This document shows, one piece after another, positions 52,043 to 64,000 of a stretch of DNA of 64,000 bases. The position numbers and the translations under genes were made by a program. The stretch spans positions 63,292,830 to 63,356,829 of the forward strand of contig NC_068989.1 in NCBI RefSeq assembly GCF_001194135.2. The letters are read 5' to 3'. Each line of letters opens with the position of its first letter. Positions within the stretch are counted from its first letter, which is position 1. The notes beneath the pieces are model-generated. The model did not search any database. It saw nothing but the letters and a program-made list of their open reading frames with translations, and was not told the origin of the DNA. This DNA comes from Octopus bimaculoides (lineage: Eukaryota).

Positions 52043-52734
52043 CTTCTTCTCTGCCAAGAATTCACAACGACCTCGAACTCACAAGAGTAAAGAAGAGGGA
52101 CAGAGACAGGCAGAAACAAGGAAAAATGCCCCTTGTATTTGAATACCTCTTTTGTCATGCGGTATTTGGTGAATGAGGGAGTTTAATGTTGCGTCCTCAT
52201 ATGTGTGTGTGTTTTGTGTGTATTTGTTTGTACGTGCACACATGTAGGTTTTTATATACGTACATGAATGATTTTATTAAGCATCATAGAGCACGACGCT
52301 CGGAAAAATGTTTAGACCTATAATTGCAAATGAAGATATACGCACAGACACTTGCCGAGAGAGGCGTGAGGCACACACAGACACACACATATACGCACAC
52401 ACATACATGCACACGCACAGCGCAAGTGCGCATATGTATTTATATATAGAGAGAATGTGGTTAGTAGAGAAGAAAGACAGCGGTATATAAAAACCAACCG
52501 GAGAAATGTTTTCATTACAAATGCAGTAATATTTCAGACAACTCCAAGATGAAAAACAAAGTCTGAATAATGGAAGACAATAGAATTAAATTTAGGTCCT
52601 CTTATCTAATACAGACAAAATCAAGGCTTTTGTTATTGCCTAGACATCACACAATCACCTGTCATTTGCTTGAAATTCGTTCTCTAGGCATTTCTAAAGA
52701 CTGATGACATAATTTCTTTTTTTTTTTGCGCTCA

Positions 52735-53003
52735 TTGTTGTTGACGTTGTTGTTATTGTTGTTTTTGTTGATGTTGTTATAGTTGCTGTTGTTGTTCTTC
52801 ATGTTCTTGTACTTGGTGTTGGTGATGGTGGTGGTTTTGGTAGTGGTGGTGGTGGTGGTTGTGGTGGTGGTGGTGATGGTGGTAGTGGTGGCGGCGGCGG
52901 TAGTAGTGCTGTTGTTGTTGTTGTCGGTGGTGGTTGTGGTGAATGTGATAGTTTTGGTGGTCATCGTCGTCGGAGTCGAGATGGTTGTGGTCGTGTTGGT
53001 GGT
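52735..53003. repeat. Degenerate (GTT/GTG)n tract
   Basis: Directly visible. Confidence 0.9.
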
Positions 53004-53927
53004 ATTTTGTCTACAGTCATCGTTCGATGGACGGAGGAGATGTTCACGGTATATCTGTATTTATGTTATCTTGATTCCAATTCCTGATGTCTGAGGTGGA
53101 GTAAATGTGTATTAAATTGTATTTTAATGATAATATACGGTGAGGTTTGACTGACCAAATTTAATTTAAAGACAACGAATAAAATATTCATAATTCTGTT
53201 TCAGTTTATTTTTGTTGTTGTTTTTTTGTTGTATTTTAGTTATTTTCTAACTTACAATTGAAATTATTATATTCATATTCATGAGTGAGATCTAGAATAT
53301 ATTGTTGAAAAAGTTTTCGCAGTATTCCACGGCCGCAGTCCGGTTTCCGTTCTAGCGTTCCACTTGTTTAACTTCCATTACTGACTTAATGCACAACTGA
53401 ATGGAATGGTAATTCCCATACACTGTCCCTGTCTCTAATATTTCGCACACTATCACAACGATGTATTTCCATTCCAATTAAACTAAACGTTTCTTGTTGA
53501 CAGCAGGAATTTATGATATTCAAATGCTGATTATTGCGTCTTCTATTTCACTCAATCTCAAAACACAACCTGCAGATATTTTGTGACCAATGCACCCACT
53601 AAAAAAAAGAAAAATCCTAAATCTCTCTCAAATCATAACCTACAAAATTTTAAAATGCGAAGGACACATATTTAATTCTGACGTAAACTAATCTGAAAAT
53701 ATTAATGCATTAAAGTTTGCTTAATGCGAAACTTATTAATTTATTCCAATCAAATGCTGATTGTTGTTACCACTCTCTACCTTCTATCTATCAACGGCAT
53801 TTTTAGCCAAACTTACAACAACGCTCACAGCTACACTACTGATACCACTTTTTATTCTTCACTCACCGTCTGGATCCTTGTGTCACCTCACGCAAGCTAA
53901 ACACACAGCACCATATCTGCACCAATT

Positions 53928-54335
53928 CTATAATCTGAGACCTCTAAAAATCTTCAAATAAAGTCGTGCTAATCTTGTGACCTCCAGTAGCGTAAAAAAG
54001 ACGCAACTCCCTGTCCTAAATGTGAAAGACATGCAAGTAAGACATTCAACGGTACTTGAAAAGTTAGTTTTAGAAAAACCATAAAGGTTCTTCTCAACGC
54101 AACTCCTGGCTGTTTTTGTAAGAACCAAAACATTCTTCAGGCTCCATGTATATCTGTTCAATCTAAACATATATAGTAGAGTACTATTTAGGTATATAGG
54201 ACAGCATGGTGCTACATATACAGAAAACCCGGACCACATTCCGGTAGAGAGCATAATAGGATAGACGGTTGGCTCTATGCAGCCTGCTGAGTTGAGTGTC
54301 ACACTGCTGAGGGGTTTCGTTATTTCCATTGTTAC
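53928..54335 (-). other. 133-codon non-repetitive Cys-rich ORF behind a splice acceptor, unidentified
   Basis: cacattttattag|TA ACA ATG; contains SSTVECLTCMSFTFRTGSCVF, a partial PAN-like pattern. Confidence 0.25.
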
Positions 54336-54805
54336 TAATAAAATGTGATTTCGTGAAAATTATGACATTTTTTACAGGCTCAGTTCTTATTGTTCAATCA
54401 GTAGTGATTGGAAGCACTCGATATCTATTTTTAAGGCAAACCAAATGAGTGAAAGTAGGAAAGGAAGTTGTCGCCAAACTGAAGACCTAATTTAAATGCT
54501 TACAACAGATCAAAATCTGCCAAAGTTACACAACGTCCAGCTAGTGAGATCCAACATGGTAATCGATTAAAAACTATTACGCAGATTACGTGTGGAGATG
54601 CAGTACAAGCATACGAGAAACGGGTGTAGAAAAGTCACTTCATATGATTCATCCTCTTGAAATGTTTCAGCCGAATCTCAAACAGTACTTACACACTACT
54701 AAAACTACCTATCAACGTGTTAAACTTTTCAAGTTATATAACCTTTAATACATTATGTAAACAGCAAAGAAGAGAAAATGCAGCGCATTGAAATTATATT
54801 TCTGG

Positions 54806-54809
54806 TAGT

Positions 54810-54884
<75 letters not shown>

Positions 54885-54890
54885 CGCAGC
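54806..54890. repeat. (GCA)n-(GTA)n tract
   Basis: Directly visible. Confidence 0.9.
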
Positions 54891-55794
54891 AACAGCAAAA
54901 ACAATAGCCTTGAGTACAATTTTCGGCATAATTTTCGAAGTAAGGTTCAAAATCAAGGTAATCACATGGCTTTCGATATACTAATCCAGTATCTAAGGAT
55001 GATTCTTCTCACCATTAGCAGACTGAACGCTTTCTGATTAGCTTCCTAATTCTAAATATTATTTCTTTCTCAAATCCTCTATAATACTTGAACTCCCAGC
55101 TCAGAGATAAATCTATTGATTTTCTCCTTTCAAACATTCAATAATCACACAGCATACATAATCATTCGTGTCCTCCTTGGTCAAATGCCACTTGCATTTA
55201 ATACGTTTGAGATTTTTCTAATTATCTTCCACTATGAGTGTATCTCTACACAATTGGTAATTCAGAATCGCAAATTGGTGGAACACTTGGAATTTCTAAA
55301 TACAAGTAATTATTAATTTCATGGCTAAGGATGAACCGAAAATTAGCGGTTGGGGAAATTATCTGCAACTATTTCCATGTACGTTCATATATCATGCACA
55401 CATTTCCGTTCATGTACATTGAGATACATAGCAATTCAGATGTGTACAGTTACGGGCGGAAATCGCTAGCTTATATAGGTCAAAATCAAAGATACGACAA
55501 TTATGTATTTATCTGTCACTGTCTGTTTCAATCAAGATATTACTAAATCCAAAACTCTTATGGCGTGTTCGGAATACTGATTCGTCTTTGCAATTACATT
55601 CATTATGAATTAATGAAGTATAAACGTGGCCAAGACACGTAATTCGTAGCTTGTAGTTCATAACTCAACCCTCAAAACATAGGAGTTCAATTTTCGCGTG
55701 AACTGAATAATAGAGAATTTTATCGATTGTTTGGACTACGTCCAAATCTTGTTGACTCTTGATTAAATAACGAGAAGAAGAGTTTAACGAGCGA

Positions 55795-55799
55795 GAGAA

Positions 55800-55875
<76 letters not shown>
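55795..55875. repeat. (GA)n tract
   Basis: Directly visible. Confidence 0.95.
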
Positions 55876-55876
<1 letters not shown>

Positions 55877-56301
55877 CAGGAGAAGAACGAGAGAATGATA
55901 GAGGATAGAATATGGGAAACTATCAAAAAATTAAAAAGAAAACACGAAGGAAAAAGATTGAAATAAGGAATGAAGGAAAAAATCAACTAACTTATAATGA
56001 ATCTACAGGTGAAATTATGTCAGGAGTATATGAAGTAGTGCTACAATGTATATATATATGTATGTATGGCAAACATGTGGCGTGGCGTGACGTGAAACGG
56101 CTACAATAGGATATTACTGATAGTATCATATATGGTGTATAACGGTAGGATTATGTGTTACTATTTTTTTTATGAAGCATAAGCACACTTTACAAACCAA
56201 ATTAGCTCTTCACTACGATATTTGACTAGAGATTCTAACTGCTAAATTAGTCTATATGTGTGACATTAGCATTAGATATAGAGTTCTGAGCAACAACAGT
56301 A

Positions 56302-56337
<36 letters not shown>

Positions 56338-56597
56338 ACACACACACACACAGAAAAATACACAGACACACACAAACACAGAGGTACAAACATATATATA
56401 TATGTATCTAGATAAATAAAAAGATACATAGCTACACACACACCCAAACACNNNNNNNNNNNNNNNNNNNNNNNNNNNNNNNNNNNNNNNNNNNNNNNNN
56501 NNNNNNNNNNNNNNNNNNNNNNNNNNNNNNNNNNNNNNNNNNNNNNNNNNNNNNNNNNNNNNNNNNNNNNNNNNNNNNNNNNNNNNNNNNNNNNNNN

Positions 56598-56631
<34 letters not shown>

Positions 56632-56635
<4 letters not shown>

Positions 56636-57834
56636 GTCATTAAGAATGAAATTACCAATTTTCTTATGCAACAAGATTGACAATCGTTAACTCTGTTTTA
56701 TCCTGACAAGTCTTTGTTTTACAACATGGTGTCTGGTTATATTGTGGGTTTTCTCTTGTAAATGATTTTTTGTGAACCTATGGTTAGATCAAGTATTCGT
56801 GTTGTTGATGAATATGAGTTCCGTCGTGGAACCAATGCATCCCAGACTGCTCGAAACATCGATGATGTGTTTGTTGAAGATATGGCGAATTGGCGCCTTG
56901 TAAGTCAATAGTTTGAGAAGTTCCGGTCTAGTGACTTAACTCTTGAATATCAGCGTCCTGTTAGTCCTGAGACCAATAGAAAGTGTAGTGGAAAGTGTAG
57001 TGGAAGCAGATACATCTCAAACTACGCGGGATTTAGCAGCAAGGGTTGATGTTTCGATTTCAGCTGTATTGAACCATCTGAAACAAATTAGAATAGTAAA
57101 GAAGCTGGATAAGTGGGTACCACACGAACGGAATGATCATCAAATGGTACGTCGTCTTGAAACATGCTAGTCTTTGCTGTCACGGTATAAAAGCGAACCA
57201 TTTTTGCATCGTATTGTTACGTATGATGAAAAATGGTTTCTTTTCAACAATAGCAAGCTGGTTGGATAGAGACGAGTTGCCAAAACACAATCCTAAAAAG
57301 AATATTCACCAAACAAAGCTAATGGTATCATCCACTACAGTTTCATGAGACCTGGTAAGTCAATTACAGCGGATGTATGTATCAACTAATTGAATGAAAT
57401 GAATGATGAGTGAACTTGCAATTAAACAACCGAGATTGGTCATTAGAGACGGGGCAATTCTCTTGCAAGACAATGCTTGTTGCGCATGTTGCACAAACAA
57501 CGCTACTCAAATTACAGGAACTGAACTTGGAAGTACTCTGTCATCCACCATAATGAATAGACCTTGCACAAACTGACTATCACGTTTACCAGGCAATAGA
57601 CAACTTTTGCAAGAAAGAAATTTCAAATATGAAGAAGATGCAAATTCAGCTTCTCGTGATTTCATCACCTCTTGCTCTCAGGTATTCCTCGCTGCCGGCA
57701 TAAATAAGCTACCGATAAAATGGCAAATTGTATTGATAATTTAGTTGAATATTTTAATAAACCGCATTGCTTTTGTTCAGATAAAGTAAAATAAAATTTC
57801 AGTTCACATCGGGCATTTTATTCTTAATGACCCG

Positions 57835-57835
<1 letters not shown>
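56632..57835 (+). mobile_element. Full-length decayed mariner (~1.2 kb) with both TIRs and TA flanks
   Basis: 5' TCAGGTCATTAAGAATGAAATTACC versus reverse complement of the 3' end TCGGGTCATTAAGAATAAAATGCCC. YEFRRGTNASQTARNI, VKKLDKWVPHE, RIVTYDEKWF, QDNA, HPP..DLAQTDYH motifs with stops. Confidence 0.9.
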
Positions 57836-57921
<86 letters not shown>

Positions 57922-58028
57922 TGTGTGTGTGTGTGTAAGTATATCATTTACAGGAAAACAAAAGACGAAGAGAGGTGAATGAACAACAAGCACGTGTATT
58001 AGCTTAACGCTCGGAAAGGTGAAAAAGT

Positions 58029-58064
58029 CTTTTACGTTTCGAGCCTACGCTCCTCAACAGAAAG
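58029..58064 (-). ncRNA. Minimal type I hammerhead-ribozyme-like motif, core variant CUGUUGA
   Basis: CTTT-CTGTTGA-G-GAGC(GTAG)GCTC-GAAAC-GTA-AAAG: stem I CTTT/AAAG, stem II GAGC/GCTC, palindromic ACGT in place of stem III. Confidence 0.55.
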
Positions 58065-60019
58065 GAGTATGAGGAAATGTTTATATAGTTATGTATGTGT
58101 GTGTGTATAGTTATATAGTTTATAAAGTTATGTAAGTGTGCGTCTGTATATACGTAAACTTATGTATGTACGTGTATATATACGATATGCCTATGTGTGT
58201 ATGTACTTGTATGTGCATATGCTTCTTTTTTATAACTTAATATGTTAAAAATGTGAAATACTTTCAAGTAAATACGTATTTATTATATTTCCTTAAGGGC
58301 AAACAGACTTCCAAATTATTTACTTCCGTAAGCAAACAAGGCGAATCTTCGATTTACTCTCAAACATTCCCTTGTAAAAATTGTATCTGTATGTATATAT
58401 CTATGTGTGAAGAAATATATATATATGTGTGTGTGTGTGTGTTATTTGTATGTATGAATCCTAATCTGCTGGAGGGATATATGATCTCTAACGGGATATC
58501 TCCAAATTAACTTAAGTTATTATTGGCAAAAGAGGATTATATTGTATTTTTAAATAGAACAAAATACTCTGGCTTTCTTAAAACCGATAGCACTCTCATG
58601 AAGCACCGAACCAACGCTCTATGCTTCACAGTACTTAAACAACTGCGTGAATGTACCGTATCACGAATAGTAAAGACATTTCAACCTAGAAGGTAAATAT
58701 GAGCGTAAAGACGATATTTGTATACTTTGCATCATATCGCTCTGAGTACCGCTATTTCTAGGTAATTCGGCACAGCAAGTTATACTATCAGGAAGTCGTT
58801 GACTAAACTGAGATTCTCATCTAGGTTAGCCTGCTGCAGGACACAAACATATAAGAGATCAGGAACGCGCATGTTCCAAAGCCTGTCTGAGAGAGATGAA
58901 TGCCCAATAATTGTCATTCTACTTCAATCGCTCGTTCAAGGATCAAACGTCTCCGAGATCCGAAAGGTGTTAGTGAGCCTCGTCACAGGCACGTAGCCAA
59001 TAAAAAGCTGGAGTAAACATGCTCTTGCATTACCATCTTTGTTTCGTATGACTCCTTGAGTTTTACAATATCCCATCGATAGACTTAATAAGTTCACTAA
59101 ATCTGCTGAAAGGCTATCCCAGAAAGTCCGTGTAAACATACATAAAAATTATGATACATCACTGGAGGGCGGCTAATTCTGCACATATTTATGTCATATA
59201 GCGCCGTGTTTTACCAATTCCTTCCTTTAGTCTCATATGAAGTCCCAACAATGTTGCCGTGTCTTTAAACAAACACAAACGTTCCGTATCACAGGGGTAG
59301 CACACGGGCAGCGCAAGGATACCTGTAACATGTATGATCTATTGGGAAGAAATTGGAAGAATAACAGCACTGTAAAGGTTTGGTCCAAGCACCGAAACTT
59401 CTCGGAGTTGGCTAGTTGGTGGTTAACTTCTCTCCTTCCGCACTATTCAGTATTTATGAGATATAGAAGTGCAATCATTAAAAAAATACATAGCCCGAAA
59501 ATAATGCACATTTAATTAGAGCATAGAATGACAATTATAGGTAATCTCGATAAAATAGAATATTAAATTAAAAACAGTAAATCTGACACTATTGGCATCG
59601 AAATGTGATTAAATTAACGATTTTAACTAAATATTCACTAGCACATAAAATATATATTTTATTGAAAATTATCGAATGTCTAAACTTCCTGAAAATATTC
59701 CCTGTGGTAATAAATTGGTATTAGTCTCTATACTTAATATGATTTGGCTTCGTTTCGAATTCAAAAAAATAAATATTGTTCTTTTACTTGAACAACGTAC
59801 GCCAATTTGCACTTAGCTCAGATTCCATTATAAGTATTTTGACTTGTTTTGGCCAAATAAACGCAAGCATTACAATTAAGTGTAATTCTATCTTTTACCT
59901 CTACTAAGTCCATTAGAATTTTAATGTGTAGGTGCTGAATATTTTAAGAGTGAGAACATCGAAGACTAGCTTCTTATTCTAACCTAGGATGCTATACTAC
60001 AAAATAATACATATAACTA

Positions 60020-60165
60020 GTAACATACATACATGCAATCATGCTTGCATACATATATACATACATACATACATACATACATACATGCATACATACAAAC
60101 ATGCATACATACAAACATGCATACATACACTCATGCATACATACATACATGCATACATACATACA

Positions 60166-60199
<34 letters not shown>

Positions 60200-60228
60200 C
60201 ATACATACATGTGTGTGCGTGTGTGTGT
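60020..60228. repeat. (CATA)n/(CATG) tetranucleotide tract
   Basis: Directly visible. Confidence 0.9.
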
Positions 60229-60251
60229 GAGTATTCTTTTGTTCTTTTATA

Positions 60252-60490
60252 AGTTTCAGGTATTTGACTTCGGTCATGCAAGAACAATGCCTTCAAAGCA
60301 TTTAAGTTGAAGAAATCAGGCCAAGGCCTATTCTTTGTACGCTTAGTACTTACTCTATCGGTCTATTTTGCCGAAGCGGTAAGGTATGGGAGCATAAACA
60401 CACCAGCATTGGTTGTCAAACGATGGTGGGTTGGGAAAAAGCAGACACACAGAAATATATTTATACAACAAACAAACAAATTGGCCAACA
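60252..60490 (-). mobile_element. SINE family B, 3' half
   Basis: TAGTACTTACTCTATCGGTCTATTTTGCCGAA..TAAACACACCAGCATTGGTTGTCAAACGATGGTGGG. Confidence 0.7.
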
Positions 60491-60738
60491 CCGGTTGATT
60501 ATTTTTTAATACAAAACGTAACATAACATTTCTTACGGCCGTTTCGGCTGCCAATATCAGTCAGTGCTTTCAAAGAAAATTCCGAAAATAATATGCGTCA
60601 TCTTTATAGCACATTCGATCCAGTACAAGGAGCTTCATCAGAATCAGTACAAATACATAAAGTAAAAGAAGGGACGAGGGGAGAGGAAACAATTTGTTAG
60701 TTTGTTGATCAACAGTTTTCTCCATTTTCTGCTTGTTT

Positions 60739-60777
<39 letters not shown>

Positions 60778-60821
60778 AGAGAGGGAGAGAGGGAGAGGGA
60801 GTTAGTGATACATACATAATA

Positions 60822-60965
60822 TATTCTTTTATTCTTTTACATGTCTCAGTCATTTGACTGCGGCCATGCTGGAGCACCGCCTTTAGTAGAACAAATCAAC
60901 CCCAGGTTTTATTTATGGTAAGCCTAGTACTTAAGCCATGGCTGGGGACACAGACACACACACAC
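60822..60965 (-). mobile_element. SINE family B, 3' tail, internally deleted
   Basis: CAGTCATTTGACTGCGGCCATGCTGGAGCACCGCCTT..AAGCCTAGTACTTA. Confidence 0.75.
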
Positions 60966-62004
60966 ATGCACAAATACATATATATANNNNNNNNNNNNNN
61001 NNNNNNNNNNNNNNNNNNNNNNNNNNNNNNNNNNNNNNNNNNNNNNNNNNNNNNNNNNNNNNNNNNNNNNNNNNNNNNNNNNNNNNNNNNNNNNNNNNNN
61101 NNNNNNNNNNNNNNNNNNNNNNNNNNNNNNNNNNNNNNNNNNNNNNNNNNNNNNNNNNNNNNNNNNNNNNNNNNNNNNNNNNNNNNNNNNNNNNNNNNNN
61201 NNNNNNNNNNNNNNNNNNNNNNNNNNNNNNNNNNNNNNNNNNNNNNNNNNNNNNNNNNNNNNNNNNNNNNNNNNNNNNNNNNNNNNNNNNNNNNNNNNNN
61301 NNNNNNNNNNNNNNNNNNNNNNNNNNNNNNNNNNNNNNNNNNNNNNNNNNNNNNNNNNNNNNNNNNNNNNNNNNNNNNNNNNNNNNNNNNNNNNNNNNNN
61401 NNNNNNNNNNNNNNNNNNNNNNNNNNNNNNNNNNNNNNNNNATATGCACACACTCTCACAGAAACAAACACTCACAAACACACACATACACACATTAGCA
61501 TACATTCACACAGACACATACATGCGCCCACCAGATAATCTGTTATCGTAACATACATCGTAGAAACGCGGTCTCTCTGTATATAGTGAGAGATGTTATT
61601 AAATCAACACATAAGGTTCCATTTCCGGACGTATTCTTGACCCAAAGAATATTGTCGGTTTGCTATTTGAATTGATTTGCTTATGCTACATTTTTTTTAT
61701 TGTCATCAAATACTTTTACTACTAGAAGTAGCAATCATTAAATGTTCATCTTTTGTGCCCTAGCGATGTCTTTTTGATGTTAGTTTGGTGTGTATTGAGC
61801 TCAAAGAATATGAATAAACTCACAAAGCTTTGCTTCCTTTCGTCAAAGTAGAAGAATACGCCTTACTACAAACGGAGAAATGTACACACTTAATCATGAA
61901 ATAATATACGACAGGAGAATATATCAACTGCTTCAAGTATCGTAAATCATAAACAATCTTTTTCTAATTTTGGCACAAGACCAGCAATTTTGAGAGAGGG
62001 CAGC

Positions 62005-62160
62005 ATGTCAGTTAAATTGACCCCCTTTACTTCACAAGTACTATATTTATTATTGACCCTGAAAGGAAGAATGTCAAAGGTGACCTCGGCCGTTTTGAAC
62101 TCAGAACAAAAAGAACAATCGGAAATTCTACTAAGGGTTTTGCCCAATGCTCTAATAGTT
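62005..62160 (-). mobile_element. SINE family A, diverged
   Basis: TTGACCCTGAAAGGA..CAAAGGTGACCTCGGC..TTGAACTCAGAAC. Confidence 0.65.
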
Positions 62161-62884
62161 CTGTTAATGTGTATTGTTATAATGGTACCATAGAATATAA
62201 TTAGGAATCTATAGATTTACTTAGTCATTTGTGTTTGAACCATTGACATTTCGTACGGTAGCACGTAACCCTATCGATTCAAGGAAGTATGGTTCTTTCT
62301 GTACTCTGTAAAAGATATATGCATTACTGATCTAAAGAGTATAAATTACTGACCTTAGTAACAGAAACGAACAGAAAAGAAAGAAAATTGAAAGGAAATA
62401 AAATACATTAGAGAAGACATAAAATTAGAAAGCGGGAGGTAAAAAATACAGGATCGATCAAGTGATAAAGTGATATAGTAAAGAAGATAAAATATAAAGA
62501 AAATAAACAACTAAAAATATAAATATCCGTTATTTAGTAATTTATGACAAGCGGAGCAATGCACAGTTTACTTTTAATACCAGAGCACAGCTGTTTATAT
62601 AGATGTAATATTCCAATAAGAACCGCATTGAAATGATTACTTTTTCTTTTCTCTCTTTATTTTTCTTTTTTCTATATATTATAAATCTCCATTATTCTAC
62701 TGTTGTTAACACCTCCTTTGCCGTGTCTGCAACCAAAAGTGTACATGCGTTCAGCTACTTCACACTGCCAAAGAGTATTGGGAAGGTATTCCTTGGTTTC
62801 GAGTTGACAAACTATGTCAGAAGATATTTGCTAAATAATCATCTCTAGCAAAAGCACAATGCCAGAATGTTGAAGGCTTGAGGC

Positions 62885-63035
62885 TTGTAGACTTTGTGGA
62901 CCCGATGCTCGGTTGGTACCTATGTCTTCGATCCGAAATGTATGAAAGACAAAGTCAATCTCGGTTTAATTTAAACTCAGAGCAAAAAGACAGACAAAAT
63001 TCCTGGCGTAATAATAACTCTGTCAGCTCGCCGCT
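62885..63035 (-). mobile_element. SINE family A, diverged
   Basis: TCGATCCGAAATGTATGAAAGACAAAGTC..AACTCAGAG..CTGTCAGCTCGCCGCTTT. Confidence 0.65.
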
Positions 63036-63852
63036 TTAATTTGTGCAAATAAATATAATTACTGAATAATAATATAAACTTTGATATCTTCCTCGGGTTT
63101 AAATTCTCAAACACTCCACTTTGGAAATATGTTCGAGCTAAAAATGAATAAAACGTCATCGTAGACATTTACTATATTGAGAAGAGCATTATAACAACAT
63201 TACTGATGTGGATTATCAACGTCCAAAACTATAGGATTATTTCATATACTTATAATTGAACCAAGAACACATTACCGTCCACTGAAATTCTAATAATCAC
63301 AGGCGAAAACCACAGTTAGGTAGACGGACTAAACAGGTGTTGGACAGACCTTCACACGTGTTGCACACACTTCACGATATATAAATTTTGAGTTTAGACG
63401 CAAAATACAGTATTATTCACAAGCTTTTCGCTAACTTCAACTTTGGCAATTATATCTCAGATTGGTGTGATAAATAGAACTTGAAAGCACTTCAGCTGAT
63501 ACATTCACTCAGTAACTCTGTTAGTTATTATAAAACATTATCTTTTATGGCAAATTCAATTGTGACCGCCAGAACAGATTAGACTATTTTTTAAATTCTG
63601 CTCAGAAACAACCTACAAGTAGAGAGTAGAGTTAAAAGACACCTTCATATACATGCACAAACGTATGCAGACACATGTTTTTATAGCTTTATATATAATT
63701 TTTTTTGTATTCTTCATTACTTCATATAGTAATATATTTATAGATGGTTTGATAGTATGTCTACACTTGATTCTGATAGTCCATTTTCAGAATATTCCGT
63801 CTATCAATTATGTTGACATATTCACTATTTGCGAAGATGAATAGGAAATATA

Positions 63853-63908
63853 AGTAGATAGATAGATAGAAAGATAGATAGATAGAGAAATAGATAGATA
63901 GATAGATA
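63853..63908. repeat. (GATA)n array abutting Tx1-type copy 3
   Basis: Directly visible. Confidence 0.9.
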
Positions 63909-64000
63909 CATTTCTTTTATTAGCCACACAGGGCTCAACGAAGATGGGACAAATACAATGTAGAGCTTTTCTTTTTGGGAGGGGGAAGGAATGAAAAAAA
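63909..64000 (-). mobile_element. L1/Tx1-type element copy 3, extreme 3' end, continues beyond the window
   Basis: TTATTAGCCACACAGGGCTCAAC..GGGACAAATACAATGTAGAG matches the 3' ends at 8791-8850 and 6902-6965. Confidence 0.75.

Noticed and set aside
58799-59515. ORFs of 65 and 92 aa that could be spliced in phase
   Set aside because: Random-looking composition and hints of decayed mariner sequence in other frames; no support.

Overview
Eukaryotic, AT-rich, repeat-saturated DNA from a gapped short-read scaffold. The SINE families and microsatellite load point to an octopus genome; this is inferred from recognition, not a database search. No host gene could be identified with confidence, and nearly all long ORFs in the track are microsatellite or N-gap artefacts. 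The recognisable coding remnants are almost all transposable elements: about nine Tc1/mariner fragments, pogo/Tigger, piggyBac, a Ty3/gypsy pol remnant with PPT and 3' LTR, a CR1-type LINE, a Penelope GIY-YIG fragment and three L1/Tx1-type LINE copies. There are also four tRNA-derived SINE-like families, a tRNA-Phe pseudogene and a probable PAN/C-type-lectin pseudogene. The most interesting signal is an apparent retroposition system. All three Tx1-type LINE 3' ends abut (TATC)n arrays, two of them head-to-tail. One SINE shares the LINE's 3'-terminal ~35 nt, including a stem-loop. That SINE was inserted as a three-unit tandem inside a perfect 16-bp TSD, with GAAATA-GG-TATTTC palindromic junctions. 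Minimal hammerhead-ribozyme-like motifs, one with an A6U core change, also occur.
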